57,012 bases of DNA from an uncultured Planctomycetales bacterium (lineage in GTDB: Bacteria > Omnitrophota > Gorgyraeia > Zapsychrales > JAHFFX01), in contig CAYXGG010000012.1 of assembly GCA_964464475.1 (NCBI GenBank), positions 2,611-59,622 of the forward strand, written 5' to 3'. Below are positions 28,976 to 39,226 of this stretch, one piece after another (positions within the stretch are counted from its first letter, which is position 1; each line of letters opens with the position of its first letter). The notes beneath the pieces were generated by a model. It worked only from the letters and a program-made list of their open reading frames with translations, was not told the origin of the DNA and ran no database searches. A program made the position numbers and the translations under genes.

Positions 28976-29518
28976 ATGCTTTGGCAAAGAGAACAAACCG
29001 TTTTATTAGTGGTTGATATTCAAGGCAAGCTGGCTCGATTAGTTGCAGATTCAGAGATAATGATTCAGCAAACACGAAAACTTATTGCCGTTGCCCAAAT
29101 TTTGCAGATTCCAACTATCTTTACAGAACAGGTTCCTGACAAAATCGGTTCGACAATTGATGAAATCAAATCTATCTGTAAGGATTTTAGGCCGGTGATA
29201 AAAACAAGTTTTAGTTGTTGGATAGAGCCCGTATTTCAGAAATCACTTAAGGCTTTAGGCCGTAAACAAGTCGTGATCTGTGGTATTGAGGCGCATGTCT
29301 GTGTTTTTCAGACAGTTGCAGATTTGTTGAATCAGCAGTATTCTGTTCAGGTGGTTGCGGATGCCGTGGCCTCACGGCAAGCTTTTCATAAAGAAATCGC
29401 TTTATCGCGGATGCGTCAACTAGGCGCGCAGATTAGTTGCACTGAAATGACCGCTACTGAACTGTTGCGCATTGCGCAAGGGGATCAGTTTAAGAAAATT
29501 TTGCAATTAATTAAATAG
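28976..29518 (+). CDS. Isochorismatase-family cysteine hydrolase
   Basis: LVVDIQ, TEQ, KTSFSC, GIEAHVCVFQT, DAVASR. Confidence 0.9.
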   Translation: MLWQREQTVLLVVDIQGKLARLVADSEIMIQQTRKLIAVAQILQIPTIFTEQVPDKIGSTIDEIKSICKDFRPVIKTSFSCWIEPVFQKSLKALGRKQVVICGIEAHVCVFQTVADLLNQQYSVQVVADAVASRQAFHKEIALSRMRQLGAQISCTEMTATELLRIAQGDQFKKILQLIK

Positions 29519-29534
29519 GTGTTGATGAAAAATT

Positions 29535-31505
29535 ATGAATAAAAAAAAGATCTCTCCTAAAGTTCTCAAAGTGACCGTTGATGCTTTATTAAATGAGAAT
29601 CGACTTTTCAAGCCAGGAAAAGAATTTAAGGCTCAAGCCAATCTGAAAGATTTGCAGTTCTATAAGTCGGCTCAGAAGGATTACCTGCGTTTTTGGGAGC
29701 AGCAAGCCCGGTCGCTCACTTGGTTTAAACCTTGGAAAAAGACGCTCGAATGGAAATCGCCTTTTGCCAAATGGTTTATCGGTGGCAAATTGAACGCTTG
29801 TTATAACTGCGTGGATAGACATATTGCCACCTCATTAAGAAATAAAGCCGCTTTGATTTGGGAAGGCGAACCTGGAGACCAGCGCACGCTCACCTACTAT
29901 GATCTGTATCGGGAAATTAATAAGTTTGCCAATGCTTTAAAATCGTTAGGAGTTAGAAAGGGCGACCGGGTAGCGATTTATCTGCCGCTCATTCCGGAAG
30001 CCGTAATTAGTATGCTCGCCTGTGCCAAAATTGGAGCGGTGCATTCAGTAGTTTTTGGGGGTTTTAGCGCTGACGCTTTAAAAGAACGTATTAATGATGC
30101 CCAAGCTAAAGTTCTCATCACAGCCGATGGCGGATTTCGGCGCGGTGCAGTTGTTCAACTTAAGAATGCTGCGGATGTGGCGGTGTCTAGCTGTCCCACA
30201 ATCAAGAATGTCGTGGTTGTTAAACGGACTAACACCGAAGTTAAGATGCAAGCTGCGAGAGATTGTTGGTACCATGAAATTGTTAAAGAGCAATCGTTCC
30301 ATTGTCCTGCGGAAGAAATGGACGCCGAAGACATGCTTTTTATTTTGTACACGTCGGGTTCCACCGGAAAACCTAAGGGGATCATGCATACTACGGGTGG
30401 CTATTTGACAGGCGTCAGTTACACAACCAAATTTGTTTTTGATTTAAAACCTGAAGATGTGTTTTGGTGTACGGCTGACGTGGGTTGGGTCACAGGACAT
30501 AGTTATATTGTTTATGGTCCCTTGCTGAATGGAGCGACGCAGGTTATTTATGAAGGGTCTCCAGACTGGCCGCAGCGTGACCGTTTTTGGAAAATTATTG
30601 AAAAGTTTGGTGTTAGTATTTTTTATACTGCACCGACGGCTATCCGTGCTTTTATGAAGTGGGGCACCAAATGGCCGGAAGGATGCAACTTGGGTAGTTT
30701 GCGTTTGCTGGGAAGCGTCGGCGAACCGATTAATCCCGAAGCTTGGGTTTGGTATCACAAATTTATTGGTCGCGACCGTTGCCCTGTGGTGGACACCTGG
30801 TGGCAGACCGAAACAGGCAGTATCCTGATCGCACCCTTGCCAGGTATTACCGATTTAAAGCCGGGTTCTGCCACTAAACCTTTACCTGGTATTGAAGCTA
30901 AAGTTCTTAATGAAGCCGGGGAGGAAATTAAGGTGGGGGGTGGTTATCTGGCGTTGACTCGACCTTGGCCTTCGATGTTGCGAGGCATTTGGGGGGACCC
31001 CGAACGATATAAAACGACGTATTGGAACCGATGGGGTGGTAAATATTATTTTACCGGTGACGGCTGCAAAAAAGATGAAGATGGTTATCATTGGTTGTTG
31101 GGTCGGGTGGACGATATCATGCTGGTTGCCGGTCATAATATTTCAACGATGGAAGTCGAAAGTGCTTTAGTCGATCATCCCCAAGTGGCTGAATCAGCGG
31201 TGGTGGGTATTACGGATGACATTAAAGGACAGGCCATCGCGGCTTTTGTTATTTTAAAGGAGGGCAACAAACCTAGCGACGCGGTGGATGAAGTCCTCAA
31301 ACAGCACGTCGTTGAAAAAATTGGCGCTATTGCTCGCCCTAAGAAAATTATTTTTACTAATGATTTACCTAAAACTCGTAGTGGCAAAATCATGCGCCGC
31401 CTTTTGCGGGACATTGCCGAGGGCAGAGCTTTGGGCGATGTGACTACTTTAGCAGACGCAAGCGTGGTAGAATCGTTAAAAAGTAAATATGAAGAAGAAA
31501 GTTAA
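29535..31505 (+). CDS. acs: Acetyl-CoA synthetase (acetate--CoA ligase)
   Basis: [56 protein letters not shown]. Confidence 0.97.
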   Translation: MNKKKISPKVLKVTVDALLNENRLFKPGKEFKAQANLKDLQFYKSAQKDYLRFWEQQARSLTWFKPWKKTLEWKSPFAKWFIGGKLNACYNCVDRHIATSLRNKAALIWEGEPGDQRTLTYYDLYREINKFANALKSLGVRKGDRVAIYLPLIPEAVISMLACAKIGAVHSVVFGGFSADALKERINDAQAKVLITADGGFRRGAVVQLKNAADVAVSSCPTIKNVVVVKRTNTEVKMQAARDCWYHEIVKEQSFHCPAEEMDAEDMLFILYTSGSTGKPKGIMHTTGGYLTGVSYTTKFVFDLKPEDVFWCTADVGWVTGHSYIVYGPLLNGATQVIYEGSPDWPQRDRFWKIIEKFGVSIFYTAPTAIRAFMKWGTKWPEGCNLGSLRLLGSVGEPINPEAWVWYHKFIGRDRCPVVDTWWQTETGSILIAPLPGITDLKPGSATKPLPGIEAKVLNEAGEEIKVGGGYLALTRPWPSMLRGIWGDPERYKTTYWNRWGGKYYFTGDGCKKDEDGYHWLLGRVDDIMLVAGHNISTMEVESALVDHPQVAESAVVGITDDIKGQAIAAFVILKEGNKPSDAVDEVLKQHVVEKIGAIARPKKIIFTNDLPKTRSGKIMRRLLRDIAEGRALGDVTTLADASVVESLKSKYEEES

Positions 31506-31523
31506 TAAGGAAAGGAGCTAACT

Positions 31524-31886
31524 ACGTCTAAGAATATTTTAGTGGTTGATGATGAACCGGATATCCGGGATGCTGTTAAAAGTGTTTTAGAGCGACATGG
31601 CTACAAGGTGGCGACAGCCGGAGACGGTTTGCAGGCCATGCGCATTATTCAAGAAGAACAAAATCCGGATCTTATTTTGTTGGATGTTCAAATGCCGGAC
31701 ATGAACGGATATACCTTTATGTTTGAATTACATAAAGATGAGTCGCACCGGGGTATTCCAGTGATTGTCATTTCGGCTTATTCAGAAATGCAGCCTATTT
31801 TCTCGCATCGTGGCGTTAAGGACTATTTGGTGAAACCTGTTCGACCGGAAGATTTATTAAAAAAAATTAGCAATATTCTGCCTTAG
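31524..31886 (+). CDS. Single-domain response regulator (CheY-like)
   Basis: (M)SKNILVVDDE, DLILLDVQMPDMNG, IPVIVISA, YLVKP; the first beta strand lies upstream of the track's GTG 31542, so the start appears to be ACG 31524. Confidence 0.85.
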   Translation, partial: TSKNILVVDDEPDIRDAVKSVLERHGYKVATAGDGLQAMRIIQEEQNPDLILLDVQMPDMNGYTFMFELHKDESHRGIPVIVISAYSEMQPIFSHRGVKDYLVKPVRPEDLLKKISNILP

Positions 31887-31899
31887 CTATATAGCAAAG

Positions 31900-31928
31900 T
31901 TGCATTATAGGGTTTCTTCAACTAAACT
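31900..31928 (+). promoter_or_regulatory. Putative sigma70 promoter
   Basis: TTGCAT-17-TAAACT; RBS GAGGAG before ATG 31966. Confidence 0.55.
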
Positions 31929-31965
31929 TACTACCAATTTGGGACAATCATCTTGAGGAGGACTT

Positions 31966-32826
31966 ATGAAAAATACTGTTTCAAGGTTGGTGTTGTTGTT
32001 TTGCTGTGCATTAAGTGTTTTGGTGCCAGTTCGTTCCGTTTGGGCTTATGATTATGGGGATCACCGTTCGGTTACGCTGATCACCAAAGCCTGGGGTGCA
32101 TTAGGGCAAGGGGATCTGGAAGCGGCGCTTGCCTATACCAATAAATGTATTGAACTTTACGCGGACAAAGCCAAGGAAATGCAAGCTAGTCTTAAAGAAT
32201 TCCCTAAAGGCACCGATAGTGAAATTCATTCTTATTGGGCTCTCAATGATGTTGGGACTGGTTTGTTTATTCAAGGTGAAGGTTATCGTAAGGCTGGTAT
32301 GAAAGAGGAAGCCAAAGCCGCCTTTCAAAAATTAGCCGATAATTATGGTTTCGCGCAATGCTGGGATCCTAAGGGATGGTTTTGGAAACCCGCAGAAGCG
32401 GCTAAAGAACGTATTAAAATGATAGAACTTGGATTGGAAGTCGACCTTTCTGATGTTTCCTCCAGCGCGTTAACGAGCAAAGCTTGGGAAGCGTTAGGCG
32501 CACAGGATTTGAAGGCCGTGGATACCTATGTCGCTAAAATTTTGGAGCTTTATGAAAAGCAAGCCTTGGAAATGCAAGCCTCATTAAAAATGTACGCTTG
32601 GGAATCTAAAGATAAAGTTTTTTCTTATTGGGCTTTGAATGATGTTGGCACAGCTTTGTATATTCAAGGAAAGGCTTATCAAGAAGCAGGTCAGAAAGAA
32701 GAGGCCATTAAAGCGTATGAGCGTTTGGTTAAAGATTTCAAGTTCGCGCAGTGTTGGGACCCGGGTGGCTGGTTTTGGAAACCGGCGGAAGATGCAGAAA
32801 AGAAATTAGAAGAACTAAAGAAATAA
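31966..32826 (+). CDS. Exported protein with two TPR-like helical repeats
   Basis: Signal peptide; duplicated KAW.ALG, EMQASLK, SYWALNDVGT, FAQCWDP.GWFWKPAE. Confidence 0.75.
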   Translation: MKNTVSRLVLLFCCALSVLVPVRSVWAYDYGDHRSVTLITKAWGALGQGDLEAALAYTNKCIELYADKAKEMQASLKEFPKGTDSEIHSYWALNDVGTGLFIQGEGYRKAGMKEEAKAAFQKLADNYGFAQCWDPKGWFWKPAEAAKERIKMIELGLEVDLSDVSSSALTSKAWEALGAQDLKAVDTYVAKILELYEKQALEMQASLKMYAWESKDKVFSYWALNDVGTALYIQGKAYQEAGQKEEAIKAYERLVKDFKFAQCWDPGGWFWKPAEDAEKKLEELKK

Positions 32827-32842
32827 GTTGATGCTAAATGAT

Positions 32843-32891
32843 AAGCAGGCCCCTGCCCCGATGATTTCGGCGCAGGGGCCTGCTTCTTTTT
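32843..32891 (+). terminator. Rho-independent terminator
   Basis: AAGCAGGCCCCTGC...GCAGGGGCCTGCTT then CTTTTT. Confidence 0.85.
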
Positions 32892-32898
32892 AGTAATA

Positions 32899-33663
32899 AT
32901 GAATATCCCTTCCTTGCAAGATCAAGCTCAGCAAGTAGCTGAATTAATTAAGCGTTCGAGGTCTATTGCGGTATTAACGGGTGCTGGAATATCGACTCAC
33001 GCCGGTATACCGGATTTTCGGGGGCCACAGGGGTTGTATGTGACTCGAAAATATGACGCTGATAAGGTTTTTAATTTAGACTATTTTCTACAGGATCCGC
33101 TTCCTTTTTTTGATTTTGCCAGAGATTTTGTCACTTTGCAGTCGGGTCTTAAACCCACCATGGCGCATCGTTTTTGGGCTCGCCTCGAGCAGGAGGGGCT
33201 GCTTGCGGGGCTGGTGACGCAGAACATTGATTCCTTGCATCAGCTTGCTGGATCTAAGAGGGTATTTGAAATTCATGGCAGCTTTGCCAGAACTTTCTGT
33301 TGGGAATGTGGTCACGCTGTTTCTGAAAAAGAATTAATAGTTTTGCTGACGCAGTATGCGATCCCCAAATGTTCATGCGGCGGCCTCTTGAAGCCTGATG
33401 TGGTGTTTTTTGGAGAAAATGTTAAGTGTCTTGCTGAAGCTGTTAGTTTGGCGGCCAGTGCGGATTTGTTGTTTGTTGTCGGAACCTCTTGCGCTGTTTT
33501 TCCGGCTGGAGCCATCCCCACCTATTGCGCAGGTCGCATCGTCGTCGTGAATTTTAGTCCGCTCGAGATTCCCTTAGCCAATGACGTGCTTTGGGTTAAA
33601 GAGGACATTGATGCGTTCTTTTATGAATTAAGCCGCACCTTGTGGAGAGAGTCAATGCTTTGA
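32899..33663 (+). CDS. cobB: Sir2-family NAD-dependent protein deacylase
   Basis: TGAGIST..GIPDFRG, TQNIDSLHQ.AGS, EIHGS, CxxC/CxC Zn site, KPDVVFFGE, VGTS. Confidence 0.9.
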   Translation: MNIPSLQDQAQQVAELIKRSRSIAVLTGAGISTHAGIPDFRGPQGLYVTRKYDADKVFNLDYFLQDPLPFFDFARDFVTLQSGLKPTMAHRFWARLEQEGLLAGLVTQNIDSLHQLAGSKRVFEIHGSFARTFCWECGHAVSEKELIVLLTQYAIPKCSCGGLLKPDVVFFGENVKCLAEAVSLAASADLLFVVGTSCAVFPAGAIPTYCAGRIVVVNFSPLEIPLANDVLWVKEDIDAFFYELSRTLWRESML

Positions 33664-35226
33664 ATTAAGCATTTGATTTTTGAACGCGGGAGATTGAGGG
33701 AAAATTTTGGCAGCCTGCTCAGAGATTGCTTTAGCTGCTGCTAATTTTTGTTGTTTAAGCAGCGATCCAATAAGACCGTGGTAATACGTTTCTACTTGAT
33801 GAATACGTATGGCTTTTTCAAATTGTTGTTGGGCTTCTTGCCATTGCCCCAGCGAATTATAAATCAGTCCTAAGCGATAATGATAGTGGGAAGGATTTTT
33901 AGTTAATTTAAGTCCTTTGGTGAAATATTGAATGGCTTCGCGTGGGTTTTTCTGCTTTAATTTGTAATCTCCCCAGAAATAGTACACCACCGGGTTTTGT
34001 ACCTTTGATGTCCAATAACGATAATACTGCTCCGTTGTAAAACACTGCTGATGGAAGGCAAAAGTAGACGATTGAAAAAAAGCAATCAATAAAGCAGTTA
34101 GCCCCAGTGCTAGGAAGGATTGCTTAAGGTCAGTCTTCAGAATGCTTAGGGCGGAAGCCAGCATAATAAAGAATCCTGTGGAAAAGAAATAAAGCCAATG
34201 CGGCTCAATAACCATGCCAATATCATAATGAGTTAGGCTGGCTGGAATAACGAGAATAAAGCCAGTTAAAAGCCAAACGAAAGACCAACCAGCGATTTTT
34301 GACTTGCCTTTATTTAAAGCAATGACCAAAAATAGAACCACTAGCATAAAAGGTAACAATTTTCCAAAGTCTTGGAGTTGGGTGGGGGGTTGATTCCACA
34401 TAAAGACAATATCTTGAGGATTGATCAAATTGGCCAGTTGCCAATTCATCAAGGACCACTGGGAGAGAAAGAATGAAGGAACATTTAAACCCAGCATTCT
34501 AAAGCGGTCATCCATCCCCAAATGTTGTCCAGTGATGGCATGCCAGAAAACTATAAAGCAGATATTGAAGATCAAGAAAGGCGATACCCATAAGAAAGCT
34601 TCCTTAAAGGTATTTTTCTTGATGAGCCTGGCGGTTGCGAATAGCACTAATGGGAAAAGACACGCGCCTTCAAAAGATAATAATCCTAAGGAGAACGCGA
34701 TTAAACTAATGAGCATCCAAAGTCGATAAGCTTTGGTTTGATTAAGCGCGAGCCAAAAGGCGATGAAGCTAAACAGCAAAGTGCTCAGATGAAAATTCAT
34801 AAAGATTGAGTGTAAATGGAAATTCACTTGCGCGGTCATCGGATGAATGATGAATAAATAGCTGGCAAGGAATGACGTTTCCCGGTTACGGCTGATCAAT
34901 GCCACCAGTCCATAAATTAAGAGTGCGTTTAGAAATAGAAAACTTAGTTGCACTAAACGTAGTGGAATAAATTGGTTTTGGCAAATTTTAAAGAAAAAGG
35001 CGTTAATCACGTAATAAAGCGGGCTGTAATGCATCTGATGCGGCTTGAAAAAGAAATCAGCCCAGTTTGCATAAGTGTTAGCATAAGCTTTGTCAATAAA
35101 ATGGTGATCATCTAAAACAAATTGCGAGAAGAAGGTAGGGTGATAAAGGAGGGCAATGGTTAGCAATAGGCAGCCGGCAACCGAAATTAAATTGGGAATT
35201 TTATGCTGAAAATGAGGAATGGTCAT
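33652..35226 (-). CDS. Second TMTC-like GT-C membrane protein with C-terminal TPRs
   Basis: FVLDD after TM1, HYSPL, IHPM, many TMs, EPHWLYF, TPR-like C-terminus. Confidence 0.7.
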   Translation of the reverse strand: MTIPHFQHKIPNLISVAGCLLLTIALLYHPTFFSQFVLDDHHFIDKAYANTYANWADFFFKPHQMHYSPLYYVINAFFFKICQNQFIPLRLVQLSFLFLNALLIYGLVALISRNRETSFLASYLFIIHPMTAQVNFHLHSIFMNFHLSTLLFSFIAFWLALNQTKAYRLWMLISLIAFSLGLLSFEGACLFPLVLFATARLIKKNTFKEAFLWVSPFLIFNICFIVFWHAITGQHLGMDDRFRMLGLNVPSFFLSQWSLMNWQLANLINPQDIVFMWNQPPTQLQDFGKLLPFMLVVLFLVIALNKGKSKIAGWSFVWLLTGFILVIPASLTHYDIGMVIEPHWLYFFSTGFFIMLASALSILKTDLKQSFLALGLTALLIAFFQSSTFAFHQQCFTTEQYYRYWTSKVQNPVVYYFWGDYKLKQKNPREAIQYFTKGLKLTKNPSHYHYRLGLIYNSLGQWQEAQQQFEKAIRIHQVETYYHGLIGSLLKQQKLAAAKAISEQAAKIFPQSPAFKNQMLNSKH

Positions 35227-35249
35227 TTTTGGATTTTTGAATTGGTTAC

Positions 35250-35277
35250 ATTATAAAAGTTTGTGAGATGGGGGCAA
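35250..35277 (-). promoter_or_regulatory. Putative sigma70 promoter for the minus-strand TPR gene
   Basis: Minus strand TTGCCC-16-TATAAT. Confidence 0.55.
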
Positions 35278-35319
35278 GATTTATTGACCTTTTCTCTCTT
35301 TTCCCAAGATAAAAAAGGG

Positions 35320-35336
35320 CCTGCCCAAAGGGCAGG
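35320..35336. repeat. Short CCTGCC/GGCAGG palindrome (REP-like)
   Basis: CCTGCCC-AAA-GGGCAGG; same arms as the palindrome at 52955-52975. Confidence 0.5.
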
Positions 35337-35477
35337 TACGACAACCATATTGACTTTAGAAAGAAAAAGGCCAGTAACTCGTTTTTCACCTAGTCTTCAG
35401 TGAGGCTATTTAAGTTGTTCAGGAAATATGACGAAGTCATTGAATTCAGGTGGCGACGTTGATATAATCCAACAATT

Positions 35478-36131
35478 ATGATTCAATTAACTTCTATCGT
35501 AAAAAAACAAATTGTGGCCGTCACGGGCTTGGCGTTAATTTTGTTTATTTTGGGCCATCTAGCTGGAAATTTATTGATTTTTTTGGGGCCCGACGCGTAT
35601 AACGCTTACGCCAAAAAGTTGGCTGGCTTACGACCGGGATTGCTGATTGTCGAATTCGGATTGTTGTTTGTTTTTTTAGTGCATATTTGGCTGACCGCTC
35701 TCTTAGTTATTGAAAATATTCGAGCCCGAGGGAGCGTTCGGTATTCGGTTAACCAAGCAGTTGGGAAGCGCTCACTAGCTACAAGGTTGATGCCTTATAC
35801 AGGAACCTATATTTTGCTTTTTATTGTTGCTCATTTGCTAGATTTCACCTTTATAGACCATCATGGGCCGCGTAGCGTTTTGATGGGAAAAGAATTAGGT
35901 GTATACGGGGTGGTTTATAACGCCTTTTCTGATCCATTACATAGCCTTTTTTATATTATTGCGATGGGGTGCTTGGGGCTTCATCTATCACATGGCATTC
36001 AAAGCGTTGCTCAGTCATTTGGCTTAGCTGATTCAATTAAGAATTCACGTTTAATCGTAGCTGGTAAGTGGTTAGGTTTTTTAATCGCCTTAGCGTATAG
36101 TTCTATTCCGGTTTACATTTTGTTGTCATAA
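35478..36131 (+). CDS. sdhC: Succinate dehydrogenase cytochrome b558 subunit
   Basis: [10 protein letters not shown], His ligands (GHLAGNL, VHI, AHL, LHLSHG), five TMs; precedes sdhA. Confidence 0.9.
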   Translation: MIQLTSIVKKQIVAVTGLALILFILGHLAGNLLIFLGPDAYNAYAKKLAGLRPGLLIVEFGLLFVFLVHIWLTALLVIENIRARGSVRYSVNQAVGKRSLATRLMPYTGTYILLFIVAHLLDFTFIDHHGPRSVLMGKELGVYGVVYNAFSDPLHSLFYIIAMGCLGLHLSHGIQSVAQSFGLADSIKNSRLIVAGKWLGFLIALAYSSIPVYILLS

Positions 36132-36157
36132 GATTCAGTCATTCATTAAATCTACGC

Positions 36158-38071
36158 ATGACACTAAATTCTAAAATACCTACTGGTCCGCTTGCGGATA
36201 AATGGAATCAACATAAACTTCATTTAAAGTTGGTTAATCCCGCAAATAAGCGGAAATATTCCGTTCTTGTTGTAGGCACTGGCTTGGCCGGAGCTTCTGC
36301 TGCCGCTTCTTTGGCGGAGTTGGGATATAGAGTTAAGGTTTTTTGTATTCAGGACAGCCCTCGTCGTGCCCATAGTATTGCCGCCCAAGGTGGCATCAAC
36401 GCTGCCAAAAATTATCCTAACGATGGCGATAGTGTTGAGCGATTGTTTTACGATACTATTAAGGGTGGTGATTTTCGAGCACGTGAAGCTAATGTTTACC
36501 GCTTAGCTCAAGTCAGTAATGCCATCATTGATCAGTGCGTGGCCCAGGGAGTTCCTTTTGCCAGAGAGTATAGCGGCTATTTGGATAATCGTTCTTTTGG
36601 AGGCGCGCAAGTTTCACGAACTTTTTACGCTCGAGGCCAAACGGGTCAGCAATTATTACTAGGAGCTTACGGTGCTTTAATGAAGGAAGTAGGTAAGAAA
36701 ACAGTTGAGTTATTTCCTAGGCGGGAAATGTTGGAATTGGTGGTCAAGAATGGCGTGGCTTGCGGGATTGTCGTCAGGAATTTAATAAATGGAACTATTG
36801 AATCGTATGCTGGAGATGCCGTGGTTTTGGCAACGGGTGGGTACGGCAACGTGTTTTACCTTTCGACAAATGCCAAAGCCTGTAACGTTACGGCTATTTG
36901 GCGAGCCCATAAAAAGGGCGCGTATTTCGCTAATCCTTGTTATACCCAAATTCATCCTACCTGTATTCCCGTTCATGGTGAGTATCAGTCTAAATTAACC
37001 TTAATGAGTGAAAGCTTGCGTAACGATGGACGGGTTTGGGTTCCCAAAACCAAGTCCAAGAATGATAATCCATCCTCGATTGTCGAAGAGGATCGCGATT
37101 ATTTCCTGGAAAGAAAGTACCCCAGTTTCGGGAATCTGGTTCCCCGTGATATTGCTTCACGCAATGCCAAAGAACAATGTGATGCCGGCAAAGGAGTGGG
37201 CCAAACCGGTTTAGCTGTTTATTTGGATTTTGCCGATGCTATTAAGCGTTTAGGGAAGCCGGCCATCAAGGAAAAGTACGGTAATCTTTTTGATATGTAC
37301 GATAAGATTACCGGTGTAGACCCTTATGCGCAACCGATGATGATTTATCCTGCGGTTCATTACACCATGGGTGGTTTATGGGTTGATTACAACTTAATGA
37401 GTAACCTGCCGGGACTGTATGTTTTAGGAGAAGCTAACTTTTCTGATCATGGGGCTAACCGTTTGGGGGCCAGTGCTCTCATGCAAGGATTGGCAGATGG
37501 GTATTTTGTGCTGCCTTATACGATCGGTGATTACTTGTCCTCGATTAAACCGGGGACTGTTTCACCGGAAGCGGCTGAGTTTAAAACGGCGTGTCAAGAG
37601 GCTGAGCAAAAAACCAAACAGCTATTGTCAATTCAAGGAAAAAAGACTGTTGATGAATTCCATCGAGAACTGGGGCTTTTGATGTGGGATAAATGCGGCA
37701 TGGCCCGTAATGAAAAAGGTTTAAAGGAAGCATTAGTTAAAATTCCTAAATTGCGTGAGGAATTTTGGAGAAATGTTAAGGTTCTTGGGAATGGCCAGGA
37801 ATTCAATCAAAGCTTGGAAAAAGCGGGTCGGGTGGCCGATTTTCTGGAGTTTGGAGAATTGCTGGTCAGAGACGCCTTGCATCGCCAAGAATCTTGTGGT
37901 GGACATTTTAGAGAAGAATACCAGACGCCCGAGGGAGAAGCCCGTCGTGATGACCAGAATTTTTCGTATGTCGGCGCCTGGGAATTTAAGGGCCTGGACC
38001 GCGAACCTGTTTTGCATAAAGAACCTCTTAATTTTGAAGCTGTGCAATTAACCCAACGGAGCTATAAATGA
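36158..38071 (+). CDS. sdhA: Succinate dehydrogenase/fumarate reductase flavoprotein
   Basis: [60 protein letters not shown]. Confidence 0.96.
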   Translation: MTLNSKIPTGPLADKWNQHKLHLKLVNPANKRKYSVLVVGTGLAGASAAASLAELGYRVKVFCIQDSPRRAHSIAAQGGINAAKNYPNDGDSVERLFYDTIKGGDFRAREANVYRLAQVSNAIIDQCVAQGVPFAREYSGYLDNRSFGGAQVSRTFYARGQTGQQLLLGAYGALMKEVGKKTVELFPRREMLELVVKNGVACGIVVRNLINGTIESYAGDAVVLATGGYGNVFYLSTNAKACNVTAIWRAHKKGAYFANPCYTQIHPTCIPVHGEYQSKLTLMSESLRNDGRVWVPKTKSKNDNPSSIVEEDRDYFLERKYPSFGNLVPRDIASRNAKEQCDAGKGVGQTGLAVYLDFADAIKRLGKPAIKEKYGNLFDMYDKITGVDPYAQPMMIYPAVHYTMGGLWVDYNLMSNLPGLYVLGEANFSDHGANRLGASALMQGLADGYFVLPYTIGDYLSSIKPGTVSPEAAEFKTACQEAEQKTKQLLSIQGKKTVDEFHRELGLLMWDKCGMARNEKGLKEALVKIPKLREEFWRNVKVLGNGQEFNQSLEKAGRVADFLEFGELLVRDALHRQESCGGHFREEYQTPEGEARRDDQNFSYVGAWEFKGLDREPVLHKEPLNFEAVQLTQRSYK

Positions 38072-38400
38072 ATTTAAAGAAATGGGTTTTCGGCAGTCGT
38101 CTTTTCTTTTGTGGAGCCGCTTTGCTGATGTGGTTGTATTTAGTATTATCCGGATTTTCAAATGTAAAATTTTTGCCTACTCTTTCGGGCTTAAGTATGA
38201 TTTTTATGTTGTTGGGCGCGGTTATTACGTTGAAAAACGTTCGGGAATGGGAGTTTTCTAAAGGCAGAGTTCTTGATTATCAAGAGCGTATCATTGATGA
38301 TTTGGACGAGATGCGGATTCGTTTTGCCTGGGAGGGGAACCAATCTTTGGATGAATCTACCCGGGCTATAAAAACAACTCTACGACGCATGAGAAAGTAA
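38068..38400 (+). CDS. Hypothetical two-TM membrane protein between sdhA and sdhB
   Basis: ATGA overlap with the sdhA stop, ends 5 nt before sdhB; two hydrophobic helices. Confidence 0.65.
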   Translation: MNLKKWVFGSRLFFCGAALLMWLYLVLSGFSNVKFLPTLSGLSMIFMLLGAVITLKNVREWEFSKGRVLDYQERIIDDLDEMRIRFAWEGNQSLDESTRAIKTTLRRMRK

Positions 38401-38405
38401 AAATT

Positions 38406-39158
38406 ATGTCCCAAAAAATTAGTTTAACTCTCAAAGTTTGGCGACAAAAGGATGCCTCAGCTGCAGGGCGGTTTGAAGTTTATTCCGCGCCAGAAATTGA
38501 TACAGATATGTCATTTTTGGAAATGCTGGATGTGGTCAATGAAAGATTGGTGAAAGATAATCAAGAGCCTATCGCTTTTGACCATGATTGCCGAGAGGGA
38601 ATTTGTGGGATGTGTGGCGCCGTCATTAATGGTAAAGCTCATGGTCCGTTAAGGGGAACTACGGTTTGCCAGCTACATATGCGTCATTTTAAAGATGGAG
38701 AAACGTTAGTGATTGAGCCGTGGCGTTCCCGTGCTTTTCCGGTGATTAAGGACTTGGCGGTGGATCGTTCCTCTTTTGACCGGATCATCCAAGCTGGTGG
38801 ATTTGTTTCCATTAAGACCGGTTCGGGCCCCGAAGCTCATGCCCTGCCTGTTCCTAAAGATAATGCGGAAAAAGCTATGGATGCGGCGGCCTGCATTGGG
38901 TGCGGCGCCTGTGTCGCCGCTTGCCCTAACGCTTCAGCCATGTTGTTTGTCGCGGCCAAAGTAAGCCAATTTAGTCTCTTACCCCAGGGGCAGATTGAGA
39001 AAGAGCAGCGGGTATTAAACATGGTCTCCGCTATGGACACGCAAGGATTCGGCAATTGCTCTAACGAATACGAATGTGAAGCGGCCTGCCCCAAAGATAT
39101 TAGTGTGGCCAACATCTCCCGCATGAATCGAGATTACCGAGGCGCGAGTCTTCACTAA
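38406..39158 (+). CDS. sdhB: Succinate dehydrogenase iron-sulfur subunit
   Basis: [39 protein letters not shown]. Confidence 0.96.
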   Translation: MSQKISLTLKVWRQKDASAAGRFEVYSAPEIDTDMSFLEMLDVVNERLVKDNQEPIAFDHDCREGICGMCGAVINGKAHGPLRGTTVCQLHMRHFKDGETLVIEPWRSRAFPVIKDLAVDRSSFDRIIQAGGFVSIKTGSGPEAHALPVPKDNAEKAMDAAACIGCGACVAACPNASAMLFVAAKVSQFSLLPQGQIEKEQRVLNMVSAMDTQGFGNCSNEYECEAACPKDISVANISRMNRDYRGASLH

Positions 39159-39179
39159 ATTTTGCTTCAGCCTTTCTTC

Positions 39180-39208
39180 TGGACATTCCCATCTCAGCTG
39201 CCTAAAAT
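39180..39208 (+). promoter_or_regulatory. Putative sigma70 promoter of hemN-hemE-hemY
   Basis: TGGACA-17-TAAAAT. Confidence 0.55.
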
Positions 39209-39226
39209 AAGCTACTTTTAACGTCT

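Noticed and set aside
32899-33663. Sir2 protein as an anti-phage defence effector (Thoeris/DSR-like)
   Set aside because: Canonical 254-aa Zn-binding sirtuin near acs, its known substrate; no defence partner genes
35227-35477. Longest intergenic region as a riboswitch or ncRNA
   Set aside because: Explained by divergent promoters plus a short hairpin; no aptamer consensus recognised. An Rfam/Infernal scan would be needed to exclude one
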